Source: an uncultured Chloroflexia bacterium
GTDB lineage: Bacteria; Chloroflexota; Anaerolineae; CG2-30-64-16
DNA: 64,000 bases
Direction of reading: 5' to 3'
Assembly: GCA_963810095.1 (NCBI GenBank)
Contig: CAWEMM010000012.1
Span: 544,001-608,000, forward strand
Shown here: in pieces, positions 63,355 through 64,000 of the stretch
How the letters are laid out: every line of letters starts with the position of its first letter
How positions within the stretch are numbered: the stretch's first letter is position 1
Notes under the pieces: generated by a model
What the model was told of the DNA's origin: nothing
The model's input: only the letters and a program-made list of their open reading frames with translations
The model's database searches: none
Made by a program: the position numbers and the translations under genes

Positions 63355-64000
63355 CTACTCGCGCGAAATGACCCCCGCCTTCTCCAACGGATGCGGGCCG
63401 GCGTGGCTCAGGCTGGGAGCGTCGCCGCCCGGGAACATCTTGCCCGGGTTGGAGATCTCCAGCGGGTCGATCGCCCGGCGAATGCGCTGCATCGCTTCGA
63501 CGTCTGCCGGCCCGAACATGCGCGGCAGGTAGGCCCGCTTCTCCACGCCTATGCCGTGCTCGCCGGTGATCGATCCGCCGAAGGCGATGCACATCTCCAG
63601 GATTTCGCCCGCCAGCGCCTCGGCCCGCTCGTACTCGCCCGCTGCGCGGCCGTCGTACAGGATCAACGGGTGGAGGTTGCCGTCGCCCGCATGGAACACA
63701 TTAGCCACCCGGATACCGTACTGTTTGCTCAGCCGCTCGATCTGGGCCAGCGCCTGGCCCAGCTTGCCCCGGGGCACCACGCCGTCATTCACGATGTAGT
63801 CGGGACTTAGCCGGCCCACCGCGGAAAACGCGCTCTTGCGCCCCTTCCAGATGCGCAGCCGGTCGGCTTCATCCTGTGCCACCCGCACTTGATAGGCACC
63901 CGACGACTCGATGATGGGCAGCAGGCGTTGGAACTCCCGCTCGACTTGCCCGCCGCCGTCGCCACCAGGGGTTGGCACCTTCGCCATCCAGTTCCACGAT
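63355..64000 (-). CDS. glcD: Glycolate oxidase subunit GlcD, C-terminal part (runs off window)
   Basis: [39 protein letters not shown]. Confidence 0.9.
   Translation of the reverse strand, partial: SWNWMAKVPTPGGDGGGQVEREFQRLLPIIESSGAYQVRVAQDEADRLRIWKGRKSAFSAVGRLSPDYIVNDGVVPRGKLGQALAQIERLSKQYGIRVANVFHAGDGNLHPLILYDGRAAGEYERAEALAGEILEMCIAFGGSITGEHGIGVEKRAYLPRMFGPADVEAMQRIRRAIDPLEISNPGKMFPGGDAPSLSHAGPHPLEKAGVISRE

Overview
High-GC bacterial window, most likely Chloroflexota (Anaerolineae/Caldilineae-like). This is inferred from the NBR1-Ig, META, DUF4230 and DUF4332 proteins and the P/T/A-rich lipoprotein linkers. About 60 genes. Many carry single-base frameshifts that look like long-read assembly errors rather than real pseudogenes. 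The main feature is a ~36 kb catabolic island (12.1-48.4 kb). It contains: a secreted subtype-B tannase; an esterase; a gallate-type meta-cleavage set (GalB-like hydratase, GalC-like aldolase) in which a VOC-family extradiol dioxygenase and a CHMI-type isomerase sit where GalA/GalD would be expected; two sugar-type ABC importers; an IolN-like ring hydrolase/U32-like/cupin/Ldh operon; and a long anaerobic-type operon (CoA-transferase, ferredoxin, Liv transporter, aldehyde:ferredoxin oxidoreductase, LarA racemase, GlcF/GlcD, malic enzyme). All six promoter regions of the island carry a related 17-bp palindrome (GTnTYA-N5-TRAnAC), often as pairs 20 bp apart, suggesting one IclR regulon. Intergenic regions hold three distinct families of short palindromic REP/MITE-like repeats. 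No rRNA, tRNA, CRISPR array or transposase gene was seen. All family assignments come from motif recognition, not database searches.
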